Assembly (NCBI GenBank): GCA_050250935.1
Contig: JBFWNS010000001.1
Span: 320,001 to 384,000 of the forward strand
Length of the DNA stretch: 64,000 nt
Direction of reading: 5' to 3'
Origin: Candidatus Margulisiibacteriota bacterium
Lineage (GTDB): Bacteria > Margulisbacteria > Marinamargulisbacteria > JBFWNS01
Made by a program: the position numbers and the translations under genes. The notes beneath the pieces are model-generated. The model did not search any database. It was given only the letters and a program-made list of their open reading frames with translations, and was not told where the DNA came from. Positions within the stretch are counted from its first letter, which is position 1. Every line of letters starts with the position of its first letter. This document shows, one piece after another, positions 9,735-19,701 of this stretch.

Positions 9735-12700
9735 ATGAAGTCAAAAGCAAAACAAACCCTCTCTTTTCTTGCCAAATATTCCACTTGGCTTATTTTGTCG
9801 CTGCTCTTTGCAACCCTAACTTTTGGGGCGTTTGTGTATCAAACTCAGATTCCCCAAGAAACCATTCGAAAATTGGTTCAAAAAGAGCTTAGTCGACAAT
9901 TCAAACGCGAAGTCACCATCGACCGTGTGTCTGGCAATTTGCTGTTCTCGGCAACATTAAAGGGCATTCGTTTTGCAGACAAAGACCGGGTCAAAAACGG
10001 TGTGGGTCTCGAAATTGGTGAATTAACGGCTCACTATAATTTGATTTCGGCGGTTCAACACAACGGCGATTTTGCAGCGGCCTCTTCGAAAGTAATGGTC
10101 AAAAATGTGATTTTGTTTGTCCACAGACAAGCCAATGACGACTGGAACGTGTTTCATTTTTTCCCTCCTCCAGAACCCCACATGCCACCGGGCGTCCCCA
10201 CTTTTACAGGGATTTTATTTGTGAACAATCTGGCCTTTAAATTTCAAGACGACAAAGGTTGGGGGGAAACCCAGCTTCAGAAACCCTTTACCGAAACCTT
10301 TGGCCGGTTCAAAGGGAGTTTTAATTTTTCTCATTTAAAACGGGTTCAACTTTCTTTAACCGGCGAAACGGCCAGCAACGAAGCCCCCATGACCCTTCAA
10401 GGGGTCTTTAATGCCTTTAATGGGCAATACGATTTAATGTTTAGCTTAACGCCAAAACTCGACCGATGGGCACCTTACGTGTTGCCCTATTCTGGGTTTT
10501 CGATTACCCAAGAAAGTCCGTTTATTGTGGGCCATGTTAAATCCAAAGAATTGGCAGATCCCGCCGAAATTCCATTTTGGTACGATTTGACGGTTCATTT
10601 GGACAACAACACCCTTAAACTCGCCGCAGTCCCCTTACCCATTACCCAACTTAAAGCCGATGTTCATTTGTATAACAACCAATTGGATCCCTTGGATTTG
10701 AATGCCGTGGTTTCCGCCGAGGAGGCAACGTCGCTGATCTCTCGGTTAAAGGCCTTAAGGGTTTTAAACCAAGATGGCCGGCTGCTGCGCTACAAACTGG
10801 CCGAATTAAAAGACCTTCCGCTTTGGAAAAGCCTTCTGTCTTCTGAACAACAAAAAGCCATTGTTCACCGTCTGGTTTTCAGTAAAGGTCATATTGATAT
10901 CCAATCGGCATCGGGAAAAGTGGATGCCATTCCGCTTCAGGCCCAGGGGAGTTTATATGCCGAAAGCCAATCCATTAGTCTGAATATTAAGGCCAAGGCC
11001 TTTGATCTGGAGGCCCTTAAGCGGGTTTTCCCGGCTTTGAATCGCTATACCTTTTCGGGCCGAGGGGAAAGCCAATTTCGCTTGAACGGCCGTTTGGATG
11101 ACCCCAAAATCAGTGGCGCGTTGGATCTGTATACAGCCGAGATTTATACAGTGAGTGTTCCGTCTGCCAAGGTTCATTTCGAGTTTGGGTCCTCCCTATT
11201 TCAATTCAAAACAGACCCCGTTGCCTGTCTTTCGGGGCAAGCAAAAATTGAAGGGCGCTTTTATACAACTGGGGCCAATAACATGAGTCTGACGGCCACT
11301 GGGCAACACCTGTCTGTTGCTGATCTTGGGCTGCGCCAGATTCCCATTTCTGGGTTTGCCGATGTGAACCTGACCCTGACCCAGGGCCAAGAAGGGTACA
11401 CGGTTGCCTTCAAAACCACCTTACCCGATGTCCGGCTTTATCAACAAAATCTGCAACACCTGTCTGGAACGCTTCTGCTGAGACCCGATGATAGTCTGAT
11501 TATTTCTGGACTGGATCTGGGCCTAAACGACACCGGGGTTTTGCACCTGTCTGGCTCGCTTCAACCCAACAACGCTTTTACCCTTCAGTTTCAGGGTCAG
11601 GGCATCCCCCTTAAGGATGTAGATCCCACACACGAGCACAACAAATCAGGGCTGCTAACCCTTAAGGGGCAACTTTCTGGGGTTTTAAATCAGGCCTTCT
11701 GGGCGAATCCCTGGGAAAACCTTCAGGGAAGTGTTCAATCCAACCTGACGGATTACCGGTTCTTTGAACAACCCATCGATACCCTGGATTTGGATCTGTC
11801 TTTTGCCAACCACAGCATCGTTGTCCGAGAGTTTAGGGCCAAACACGGTCCAGAACTTTTGGCCATTACCGGAGACTTCGAAGGTCTAGAACCCAGGTCC
11901 ATTTCGGTGGTGGTTCAATCGTTGAATTTGAATCGATCCAAATGGATTCAACGGCAGCTGCCAGACGTGATCAAACCCTTTGGTGGCGACATCAGTGCCA
12001 AACTGTCCATTACCAAAAAATCCAGGCCCGGAACCGCTGTAGCCAATTGGCATTGGATGGGGCGCTATGCCATTCAAGGTCAGGCCTCTTTAACCCATAC
12101 CCTGTTCCAAAGCCAACCGCTTTCAACCCTGAACGCCACCTTGAACTGGGATGGCAATGCCTTGACCCTTTCGGATGCGATGCTTAAACACGGGAAATCC
12201 ACCATTTTGTTGGCTGGCCGAATCCAAGCTGATCAACGTTTGGATTTAACCCTTCGCCCTGGCTCTGTGGTTGTGTTGGATGATTTTCCAGTGCTGACCT
12301 CGAGTTTTGGGTATTTTTCTGGGCAAGTGGCCGTAGACGGTCGTCTCTCTGGCACCTGGCGCGATCCTGATGTTGAACTTAATATTGTTGGAAAACAGCT
12401 TCACACCAATCACATTGTCCTTGACGAGGCCGTGGGCAAAATTGTGTACAACCGCCACAAATTGTCTTCGCCACAGTTCACCCTTAAGCGAGGGGATAAC
12501 GACTATGGATTTAGCGGTTATATCGACCTGAGTCCCCTTCTGTTTGGCCGTAACTTGGGCCCTCAAGCTTGGGACTACAAATTGTCTGTTGGGGTCAACA
12601 AAGCCGATTTGGGAATCTTGTCCGAACTGATCGAATCGATTTACAAAGAGGTTAAAAGCCACCGAGAAGCCCCAGCCATAGCCACCGAGGCCATTCCCAA

Positions 12701-14969
12701 TGCCAACACCACCCCGGCTACTGGAATGGTCATCACCTCGCCGTTGCAAAAAGATCCCTTAACGCCATTGTACAGCTTGGTGAATACGGGAGCCGTTTCG
12801 GCTTACTATCAGGCTTTGGCCAACAAAAAAACGTCCGAAGACAACCCCGAAGAATTGGGACTCAAAAACCTGATCCGTGGCAGCCTAAGCGGGACTTTTG
12901 TGATGGAGTCTCATCAACAACTCACCCCCACTTTGACGGCCGACCTGTCCTTAACCGACGCCTCGATTTCATTTTTATCGGCTCAAAAACTCGAGCTCAC
13001 CATTCACAGCGATGGGTCGGGCACCCAATGGACCTTGGGGATGGACAACGGCCGTATTGGGGCCAAAGATTTCCAGAATTTTTCGGGCAATGGCACCTTT
13101 GATCAGAACGGGGTTCTGTTTATTCAAAAAGGCAGCATCACGGCCGACCAACGGCCAAACCCCCGGTTTCTTCAGGGTCGAATCCCCTTGGCCGGACTTT
13201 GGGACAAAACCAGAGCCGAGGATCTGATGTCGGTTGAAGTGGTCTTAGAGGGGAATAACATCAGTGTTTTGACCTTGTTTAACGACACCGTTAAAGACAT
13301 TACCAACGACGGACGTGTGGTGTTGGATATTGGGGGGAGTTTGGCCAAACCCCTGATTAGCGCCCGGGAAATCACCCTAAAAAATGCCGCCATCACCTTT
13401 AGCGAGGATACCTATATGCGATCGCCATTGCGCATCGCTCAGGCCTCTTTAACCCTGGTGAACAACCACCTGATGATTCCAGCCACCACCATCGAGTGGC
13501 GTGGGATCGATACCAAATTTTTCCTGACTGCCCAAGAACGGCTAAACACCTTTGTGGTTTCTGGGGCCGTGGATTTTAACGATTTAACCTTAATTGATCC
13601 CGAACAACTTCGAATTGGCCTGGACTTGGCGCTTCAAGATACGTTTATTACCTTGAACTTTCCAAAGGTGTATAACGGCGATGTGAAATTGTCGAACATT
13701 CGGGTTAAAGGCATTTATACCGTCGGCATTTCAGACACGGCCAAGCTGGCTTTGCGCAAACAGCTGCAAACCGAAAGGGAATCGGGACCTGTGATCTCTG
13801 GCTATATTGAGCTTAGTACCGGCGAAGTCATTTTGCCTTCTGTGGGCAGCAAGACCCTGAAACCGCCCTTTATGTTGGATTTAACCTGTATGGTTCGAAG
13901 CAGTATTTATGTGGGGGGCAGCTTGTTGGGAGAAGGCTTTTTTGAAGGGGTCGCCAATTCGTTTAATCTGGCCCTTAACGAAACTTCGGATCCCCTTTTG
14001 GTTGGCGGAACCATTAATGCCCCACGAATTCGCAATAAAATCACCTTTAGCGATGGGGGGGTTAATTTGTTTAACCGAGGCTTCGATTTGTTAACCACGG
14101 ACCGCCAACGCCTGTTTTATTCCGAGCAATACCGCATTCATCCCAATACCCTGTCTTTTGTAACCCGTACCGAGAAAAACTCGGAAAAACTGGAACTGAT
14201 TCCGATGTTGGATATTGTGGCGATCTCTGTGATTCCGCCCTATCAAAAATCCAGCACGGTCTCGGACAACACCCAAGTCGGTCCCAAACCTGCCGACACC
14301 TATAAGGCCGTCTTGGTCTCGTTTAATGGGTCGGTGTACAACCTAGACACCATTGCCTTTGAAGAATACAACATGACGGCAGAAGACCCCTTTCAGGGAT
14401 CGCCCAAATACCAAAATACCTATACCATCAGCGGCTCGTCTGGAGCCTCCAAAGACCTGTCTTCTGTGGTTCGACTTTTGTTTCCCAATCTGGTTCAAAG
14501 CAGTACCGATAGCCAAGAGGCCGAAGGGGATCAAAAAACCAAACGCATCATCAACGAAGTGGGCGAAAATCAAATTAACACCCTGGTGCGGCGGCAATTT
14601 TTACGCCCCATAGAAAAACAAATCGCCAAAAATGTGGGACTCTACGACTTGCGGGTCGACTATAATGTTGGGGGCGCCCTGCTTAAACAGGTGTCAAATG
14701 TCTCGGGGTATTCGGGCTTGGGATCAGACCAAAACAACGTGGCCGTGAACATGATTAGCCAGCTGTCTGAACCCTTGTTTTTGCGGGTTCGCACCGACTT
14801 CGATTCTTCGGCCGATAACCGTGTGGCCAAAAATGCCCTTCGTGTTTCAGAGGTTGAATTGACCTATTATTTGCTTCGAAATCTGACCGTGAACTATGCC
14901 AATATTCAGGACCCCGTGGACCTTACCATTCGACCCAAGGTTTCGGTAAAATACAGCTATGAATTTTAA
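9735..14969 (+). CDS. tamB: TamB/AsmA-like translocation-assembly protein (1744 aa)
   Basis: N-terminal membrane anchor, long amphipathic beta-rich repeats (G.l..P.i.G motifs), C-terminal YSYEF; overlaps the downstream Omp85 gene. Confidence 0.8.
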   Translation: MKSKAKQTLSFLAKYSTWLILSLLFATLTFGAFVYQTQIPQETIRKLVQKELSRQFKREVTIDRVSGNLLFSATLKGIRFADKDRVKNGVGLEIGELTAHYNLISAVQHNGDFAAASSKVMVKNVILFVHRQANDDWNVFHFFPPPEPHMPPGVPTFTGILFVNNLAFKFQDDKGWGETQLQKPFTETFGRFKGSFNFSHLKRVQLSLTGETASNEAPMTLQGVFNAFNGQYDLMFSLTPKLDRWAPYVLPYSGFSITQESPFIVGHVKSKELADPAEIPFWYDLTVHLDNNTLKLAAVPLPITQLKADVHLYNNQLDPLDLNAVVSAEEATSLISRLKALRVLNQDGRLLRYKLAELKDLPLWKSLLSSEQQKAIVHRLVFSKGHIDIQSASGKVDAIPLQAQGSLYAESQSISLNIKAKAFDLEALKRVFPALNRYTFSGRGESQFRLNGRLDDPKISGALDLYTAEIYTVSVPSAKVHFEFGSSLFQFKTDPVACLSGQAKIEGRFYTTGANNMSLTATGQHLSVADLGLRQIPISGFADVNLTLTQGQEGYTVAFKTTLPDVRLYQQNLQHLSGTLLLRPDDSLIISGLDLGLNDTGVLHLSGSLQPNNAFTLQFQGQGIPLKDVDPTHEHNKSGLLTLKGQLSGVLNQAFWANPWENLQGSVQSNLTDYRFFEQPIDTLDLDLSFANHSIVVREFRAKHGPELLAITGDFEGLEPRSISVVVQSLNLNRSKWIQRQLPDVIKPFGGDISAKLSITKKSRPGTAVANWHWMGRYAIQGQASLTHTLFQSQPLSTLNATLNWDGNALTLSDAMLKHGKSTILLAGRIQADQRLDLTLRPGSVVVLDDFPVLTSSFGYFSGQVAVDGRLSGTWRDPDVELNIVGKQLHTNHIVLDEAVGKIVYNRHKLSSPQFTLKRGDNDYGFSGYIDLSPLLFGRNLGPQAWDYKLSVGVNKADLGILSELIESIYKEVKSHREAPAIATEAIPNANTTPATGMVITSPLQKDPLTPLYSLVNTGAVSAYYQALANKKTSEDNPEELGLKNLIRGSLSGTFVMESHQQLTPTLTADLSLTDASISFLSAQKLELTIHSDGSGTQWTLGMDNGRIGAKDFQNFSGNGTFDQNGVLFIQKGSITADQRPNPRFLQGRIPLAGLWDKTRAEDLMSVEVVLEGNNISVLTLFNDTVKDITNDGRVVLDIGGSLAKPLISAREITLKNAAITFSEDTYMRSPLRIAQASLTLVNNHLMIPATTIEWRGIDTKFFLTAQERLNTFVVSGAVDFNDLTLIDPEQLRIGLDLALQDTFITLNFPKVYNGDVKLSNIRVKGIYTVGISDTAKLALRKQLQTERESGPVISGYIELSTGEVILPSVGSKTLKPPFMLDLTCMVRSSIYVGGSLLGEGFFEGVANSFNLALNETSDPLLVGGTINAPRIRNKITFSDGGVNLFNRGFDLLTTDRQRLFYSEQYRIHPNTLSFVTRTEKNSEKLELIPMLDIVAISVIPPYQKSSTVSDNTQVGPKPADTYKAVLVSFNGSVYNLDTIAFEEYNMTAEDPFQGSPKYQNTYTISGSSGASKDLSSVVRLLFPNLVQSSTDSQEAEGDQKTKRIINEVGENQINTLVRRQFLRPIEKQIAKNVGLYDLRVDYNVGGALLKQVSNVSGYSGLGSDQNNVAVNMISQLSEPLFLRVRTDFDSSADNRVAKNALRVSEVELTYYLLRNLTVNYANIQDPVDLTIRPKVSVKYSYEF

Positions 14970-16680
14970 ACACCGCTTCTTTTTTATGCTTGGTTTTGTT
15001 CTTTGGGTCATGGTCATCGACCCTGTGGCTGTCCTGGCCCAAACCGATTTTAATCACCCCGTATTTGCCATTCGACTGCCTGGGCTTACCGCTGTTTCAG
15101 AAAATGCCCTTATCCCCTCTTTAAGCACCAAAGTAGGCCGAAAAACCAATGCCTTTAACCTAAAACGGGATATTGAAACCTTGTTTTTAACAGGATTATT
15201 TCGCCAAGTTGAAGCCAACCCTGTGGTGTCTAACAATGTTCTGACCCTCGATTTTGTGGTGAATGAAAACCCTACCGTATCGGCCATTGTGTTTGAGGGA
15301 AACACGGTTTTTTCAAGTGAGACTTTACGGCCGCTGATCCAAAACCGTCCCGGCATGGTTTTGAATATTCGCTCGATTGAAACCGATAAGACGGCTCTGG
15401 AAACCTGGTACCGTGACCACGGCTACGACCTGTTTGTTGTGGTAGATATCAGTTTGGATGCCGATCGGGTGTTGCATTATCATCTGCAAGAAGGCCGTAT
15501 TGGAAAAATTTTGTTTGTGGGCATCGATCAAGTCCGGGCCTTTGTGTTGGATCGGGAATTGGTCACCCAACCCGATACTGTATTTAATTCCAAAACCTTG
15601 CGGGAAGACCGAGACCGCTTGCTGCGTTTGGGCTATTTTTCGGATGTTTCCCCGCCCATTTTGCAAGAAAGTTTGGATAAAACCAAACCCAATATTGTGT
15701 TTAAAGTCCAAGAAAAAAAGCTCAATTTGATGGATTTTGGGATAGAACAAGAGCGGGACATCGTGGTTGCCTTTGCAAAATTGGACCTTCAACAACGCCT
15801 GATTCCCAGCGATTTTACCCGGCTTAAAGTTCAGTCCGACTATCAATATGGCCGTGTCGGCATTCGAAGCTATTCCTTAAGTTATCTGCAACCTTGGTTT
15901 TTGAATTGGATCCCCGTTAGCTTTGCCACCGATGCTTGGAACGAACTTAAACAAGAATATTTGGTTGATAAATCCACCAATACACGAAGCTTGAAGGACA
16001 ACAAACGCACGGGCTACGACGTGATCTTGGGTGTACCCCTGATTCGAGACCGCATGACCCTGAGCTCCAAGTTCAAAAGTGAGTCTGTTTCTATTATTCA
16101 AAGCGATGGCTCCTATGCCCCCTACTACGATATTCGAACCTTGGGCTTGGCCTTAAGCTATCGTCAATTGGACGACAAAAACAACCCTAAATCGGGACTT
16201 GCTTGGAGCCTCGAAGGCGAAAAAGGCGGCTACATTGCTGGGCTCAATTTGGGGGGACTCACCTTTACCCGGACCAGTGCCGAAACCATTTTGTTTTTGA
16301 AACAGTCCGATGTGGATACCTTGGGATTTCATTTGGCCGGGGGCATGATTTTTGGAGCTTCCTCGATCAGCACTTTCGAAACCGATAGTTTCGAGCTGGG
16401 GGGTGCCGCATCGTTACGGGGCTATAAAGAAACCAATCCCTTTACAGGTAGCCGAAAGATTTTGGCCAATATCGAATACCGCCACGATTTTAACCCCGTT
16501 ATTCAAGGGGTTCTGTTTTATGATGTGGGGCAGGCCTTTTCGACAGGGGCTGTTCCGTATCCCCTACACCAAGGCTATGGGTTTGGCACCCGGTTTTTTA
16601 CCCCCATTGGCGCCTTAAGATTCGATCTGGCTTGGGGTGAGGCCTTTATGATCCATTTTGGATTGGGCCAAGTTTTCTAG
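14959..16680 (+). CDS. Omp85 family (BamA/TamA-like) outer membrane protein
   Basis: Signal peptide, about three POTRA domains (FEGNTVFS, LLRLGYFSDV), LGGAASLRGY loop-6 motif, TPIGALRFD, terminal FGLGQVF. Confidence 0.92.
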   Translation: MNFKHRFFFMLGFVLWVMVIDPVAVLAQTDFNHPVFAIRLPGLTAVSENALIPSLSTKVGRKTNAFNLKRDIETLFLTGLFRQVEANPVVSNNVLTLDFVVNENPTVSAIVFEGNTVFSSETLRPLIQNRPGMVLNIRSIETDKTALETWYRDHGYDLFVVVDISLDADRVLHYHLQEGRIGKILFVGIDQVRAFVLDRELVTQPDTVFNSKTLREDRDRLLRLGYFSDVSPPILQESLDKTKPNIVFKVQEKKLNLMDFGIEQERDIVVAFAKLDLQQRLIPSDFTRLKVQSDYQYGRVGIRSYSLSYLQPWFLNWIPVSFATDAWNELKQEYLVDKSTNTRSLKDNKRTGYDVILGVPLIRDRMTLSSKFKSESVSIIQSDGSYAPYYDIRTLGLALSYRQLDDKNNPKSGLAWSLEGEKGGYIAGLNLGGLTFTRTSAETILFLKQSDVDTLGFHLAGGMIFGASSISTFETDSFELGGAASLRGYKETNPFTGSRKILANIEYRHDFNPVIQGVLFYDVGQAFSTGAVPYPLHQGYGFGTRFFTPIGALRFDLAWGEAFMIHFGLGQVF

Positions 16681-18239
16681 GTTTGTGCTGAAACCGTTTC
16701 GATAATCGACAAACAGGTGTTGATGTCTTCTGGAGCGCTGTAGATGAGGGCTTTTCTAAACAGGCTTAAGGCCTCGGGCTTGGACCGGTTTAAAACCACC
16801 ATGCCCAAAGACAAATACCCCACCGAAAGTGTTGGACACACCATGATAACCGTTTGAAAACACTGACTGGCCATCGACAGTTCATTTTGTTTTTGATACA
16901 CCCAGCCGGCTATCAAAAAGCCCCAGACTGCACATTCTTTATAGACATCCAGCAATTGTTCGGCCACCGCCAAAGCTTGGTCTAAATACCCAGCCTGAAA
17001 CAAGGTTACCCCCAAATTTTTCAGAAAAAAGTGATCTTGCCGATCGTGTTGAGACAAGGGTTCGCAAAGCTGATCGATCTTATCCAAATACCCAGGGTCT
17101 TCGGGGGACAAGGCATTTAATTCGTCCAGGGCATCGCCAATGCGATCCGAAATGGGGTCGGTGGAAAGCTCGAACAGTGGCGATACAGCCTCGATACTGG
17201 CCTGGTCTTTGGCCATGAGCCACTCTTGGGTGGTTCCCGGTTTTCGAAGGGTGTGCCAACACTGTCCCCCCCATTCCAAAACCCTATCCGTTGCCAACTG
17301 AAATTGAACCCCGTGGAATTGGGCCATGCCATAGGTAGTCATTAACTGTTTAACAGGACAGGGAGCGACAGACACCCAACCAAAATCGCTGACACAATAC
17401 ACCCCTTTGGGATGTAACCCTGCCCAAACCGACGCCAAATGGGTGTCCAATTCTGGAATCACATTCACGGTGCATCCCTCCCACTCGGGATGGCTGGCCA
17501 AACTGTTTTTTAGGCTATCGCGTTGCTGTTGGGTCCAGTGGCTGGCCGTTTCGACCGGCACTTCGGTATAGGTTTCTTGAATAACGGCTGCCAACTGTGG
17601 GGCCAGCAGTTGGGTTTTGGGGTTGGAAAAATCGGCCAAAAGGGCCACCAGCTCGTCCATGGGAATGGGCTTGGGTTCTGGGCGACTGACATCGACCACC
17701 ACGGGCTCGGCTATCCATTCGGTTTGGACCACGATTTCAAAGAAACGTCCTTGGCGAACCACAACATGTCGGGTGGGCAGGGCATCCCACAAATAGCTGC
17801 TTAAACAAAACAAAGCCGGCTCTGGAAGCTGCCAGTCGGGATCCATCACATTGGCGATTTCAAAGCGCAGTTTTTCCCGGTGATCTGCAAACTGCGGGGA
17901 CTGGGCCCATTGATCCACCATGGCCTGAGACCCTTCCACCAAATGCCAAACCAGTTTGGCATAGACACCGGGGTAATCCTTGGCCAGAGCATCCAAGGCA
18001 AAACGACTGAGCAACCCCATTCCCGCACCCAAATCGTAGACATGGTACTGGGCATCTTCGACTTGGGCGGCCACCGCTGCAATGGCCTTGGCTATTTTTT
18101 CGGCAAAAGCCGGCCCATTACGGCCAGCAAAGGGGATTTTCTGGGTAAAAAAAGCATCGGTCCCTTTTTTCCACGTCAACTGGGCCAAGTGGGCACGCAC
18201 ACTCTCGGGCCGGGGAACGAACGATTGAACCAGGGACAT
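16677..18239 (-). CDS. SAM-dependent methyltransferase (MidA/NDUFAF7-like) with C-terminal TPR repeats
   Basis: YDLGAGMG, LVEGS, SYLWDALP, DFG motifs; helical TPR-like C-terminal ~130 aa. Confidence 0.7.
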   Translation of the reverse strand: MSLVQSFVPRPESVRAHLAQLTWKKGTDAFFTQKIPFAGRNGPAFAEKIAKAIAAVAAQVEDAQYHVYDLGAGMGLLSRFALDALAKDYPGVYAKLVWHLVEGSQAMVDQWAQSPQFADHREKLRFEIANVMDPDWQLPEPALFCLSSYLWDALPTRHVVVRQGRFFEIVVQTEWIAEPVVVDVSRPEPKPIPMDELVALLADFSNPKTQLLAPQLAAVIQETYTEVPVETASHWTQQQRDSLKNSLASHPEWEGCTVNVIPELDTHLASVWAGLHPKGVYCVSDFGWVSVAPCPVKQLMTTYGMAQFHGVQFQLATDRVLEWGGQCWHTLRKPGTTQEWLMAKDQASIEAVSPLFELSTDPISDRIGDALDELNALSPEDPGYLDKIDQLCEPLSQHDRQDHFFLKNLGVTLFQAGYLDQALAVAEQLLDVYKECAVWGFLIAGWVYQKQNELSMASQCFQTVIMVCPTLSVGYLSLGMVVLNRSKPEALSLFRKALIYSAPEDINTCLSIIETVSAQT

Positions 18240-18251
18240 GCAGCTTTTCCT

Positions 18252-19364
18252 TTAGCGGTTTTTCAAGTTTCGAATATACTCGGCACGTTTCTCGAGGTAT
18301 TCTTGGCGTTCGGCCTGACTGGGTGGACTAACCGAAATGGTGGTCGGTGCCACATAGTCTCTGGGATTGTAATGGTGATATCGGGGTCTTGGCCAGTAGA
18401 CGGGCGGGGGCGGCGAATAGGCAGCAGGGGTAATGTAGGTGGTTTCTTGGATCACAGTGGTTGAGCCCGAGGGCGCGGGTTCTGAAAAACCAGTTTCGTT
18501 TTGTTGTTTTTGCTGCAAAAAGGTTAACTCGGTTTGGGCTTCGGCGATTTTTTTGTCGAGCTCTTTGATTTTTTTCTCGTAGTAGACGGTTCTGCGAAAG
18601 TCTTTTGCAAATTCGGAATTGGTCTCGATGTTCGCTGTGGCCAAGGATTCGCCCTGTTCATAAAACGCATCCACTTTGGCCTCGAGCTGGGCCCGCTTTT
18701 CTTTCATTTCATACATTTCAGATTGCAGCTGTTGAATTTGAAGGGCAGTGGCATCGATTTTAGGTCGGGTGGCTTGGGCTGGTTTGGGCTCTTTAATGGG
18801 AATGGTAAAGCCCATGCCAATGGTTAAACCCGAGGTGTTGGTGTTGGTTGCATTACTAAAGAAAATGGGGGGAACAAAGGCCTTGGTGTATTCCAGATTC
18901 AGATAGAAATGTTCCAAAAAATTAAATTTTACACCGCCCAAAGCATGGAAACCAAATTTGGTCCCGGTCTCGAGAACCCCATAGGTGTTGTTTTGAAATC
19001 CATAAAAATAGGCCCCTGCCCCTGCCCCAAAATAGGGCTGAATCAAATTCGTGGCAGGACCCACATGATAGAGCAACGAAACGGTTAAAGGCGTCAATTC
19101 GAATCGAAAATCCTTCCCAATGTCCAAGGGATTGTGGCTGATGTCCGAATAGCGGCCCAAATTGCCCCGAATTTCAAAGCCTGTTTTTTCGTCCAAAAGC
19201 CCCAAACTGCCTTGAAAAATGGTGTTTTTTCCAAAGGATTCCTGAAATTTGGGATCACTGTCGATAGTCATGCCACCCAATCCCAGACTCAAATCCACCG
19301 ACGCGGCTTGTGCGGTGCTGGTCACCATTAGGGCGATAACAACCCAGATCCATGTGCTTTTCAT
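18252..19364 (-). CDS. Secreted outer-membrane beta-barrel protein with C-terminal coiled coil and Pro/Tyr-rich tail
   Basis: SD GAGGT then MKSTWIWVVIALMVTSTAQA signal; QPYFGAGAG, FGFHALGGVKF, LNLEY typical of 8-stranded OmpW/OmpA-like barrels; heptad-rich segment follows. Confidence 0.7.
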   Translation of the reverse strand: MKSTWIWVVIALMVTSTAQAASVDLSLGLGGMTIDSDPKFQESFGKNTIFQGSLGLLDEKTGFEIRGNLGRYSDISHNPLDIGKDFRFELTPLTVSLLYHVGPATNLIQPYFGAGAGAYFYGFQNNTYGVLETGTKFGFHALGGVKFNFLEHFYLNLEYTKAFVPPIFFSNATNTNTSGLTIGMGFTIPIKEPKPAQATRPKIDATALQIQQLQSEMYEMKEKRAQLEAKVDAFYEQGESLATANIETNSEFAKDFRRTVYYEKKIKELDKKIAEAQTELTFLQQKQQNETGFSEPAPSGSTTVIQETTYITPAAYSPPPPVYWPRPRYHHYNPRDYVAPTTISVSPPSQAERQEYLEKRAEYIRNLKNR

Positions 19365-19418
19365 GTGTTTTACCTCGTCTTTTAGACGTTCCACAGATCC
19401 AAAAAGTTCCAGACTCGG

Positions 19419-19494
19419 TGGTGCGCCCGGAGGGAGTCGAACCCCCAACCTTCTGATCCGTAGTCAGATGCTCTATCCATTAAGCTACGGGCGC
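19419..19494 (-). tRNA. tRNA-Arg(ACG)
   Basis: GCGCCCGTAGCTTAATGGATAGAGCATCTGACTACGGATCAGAAGGTTGGGGGTTCGACTCCCTCCGGGCGCACCA; cloverleaf, encoded CCA. Confidence 0.98.
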
Positions 19495-19512
19495 GGTTAA
19501 AAAAGTCTAGAA

Positions 19513-19541
19513 ACTGTACCACGATTCAAGGCTTTTTCCAA
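19513..19541 (-). promoter_or_regulatory. sigma70-type promoter proximal to tRNA-Arg
   Basis: TTGGAA-17 nt-TACAGT with TGn extension. Confidence 0.6.
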
Positions 19542-19659
19542 TTGCACGCCATGATCTTGATCATCACAGCGGCTTTGCTACTCCTGACCTCTTCAGCTCT
19601 CCAGTAGAGGGGTAGGTTTTTGGACAGGTTTGTGGCTTTTCCTGTCTACAAGTGGTTCT

Positions 19660-19688
19660 ATTATAAGCAATTCTTGTGGGTTTTTCAA
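19660..19688 (-). promoter_or_regulatory. sigma70-type promoter ~165 nt upstream of tRNA-Arg
   Basis: TTGAAA-17 nt-TATAAT. Confidence 0.7.
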
Positions 19689-19701
19689 ACTTTTGGAAAA
19701 A

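Noticed and set aside
19365..19448. N-terminal extension of the 398-aa ORF call
   Set aside because: Runs into tRNA-Arg; the real start is ATG 19364 with SD and signal peptide.
19570..19612. Minus-strand CTGGAGAGCTGAAGAGGTCAGGAGTAGC resembling glycine riboswitch or SRP RNA fragments
   Set aside because: Only short motif matches; the required helices (SRP GGAA-loop hairpin, riboswitch P1-P3) are missing.
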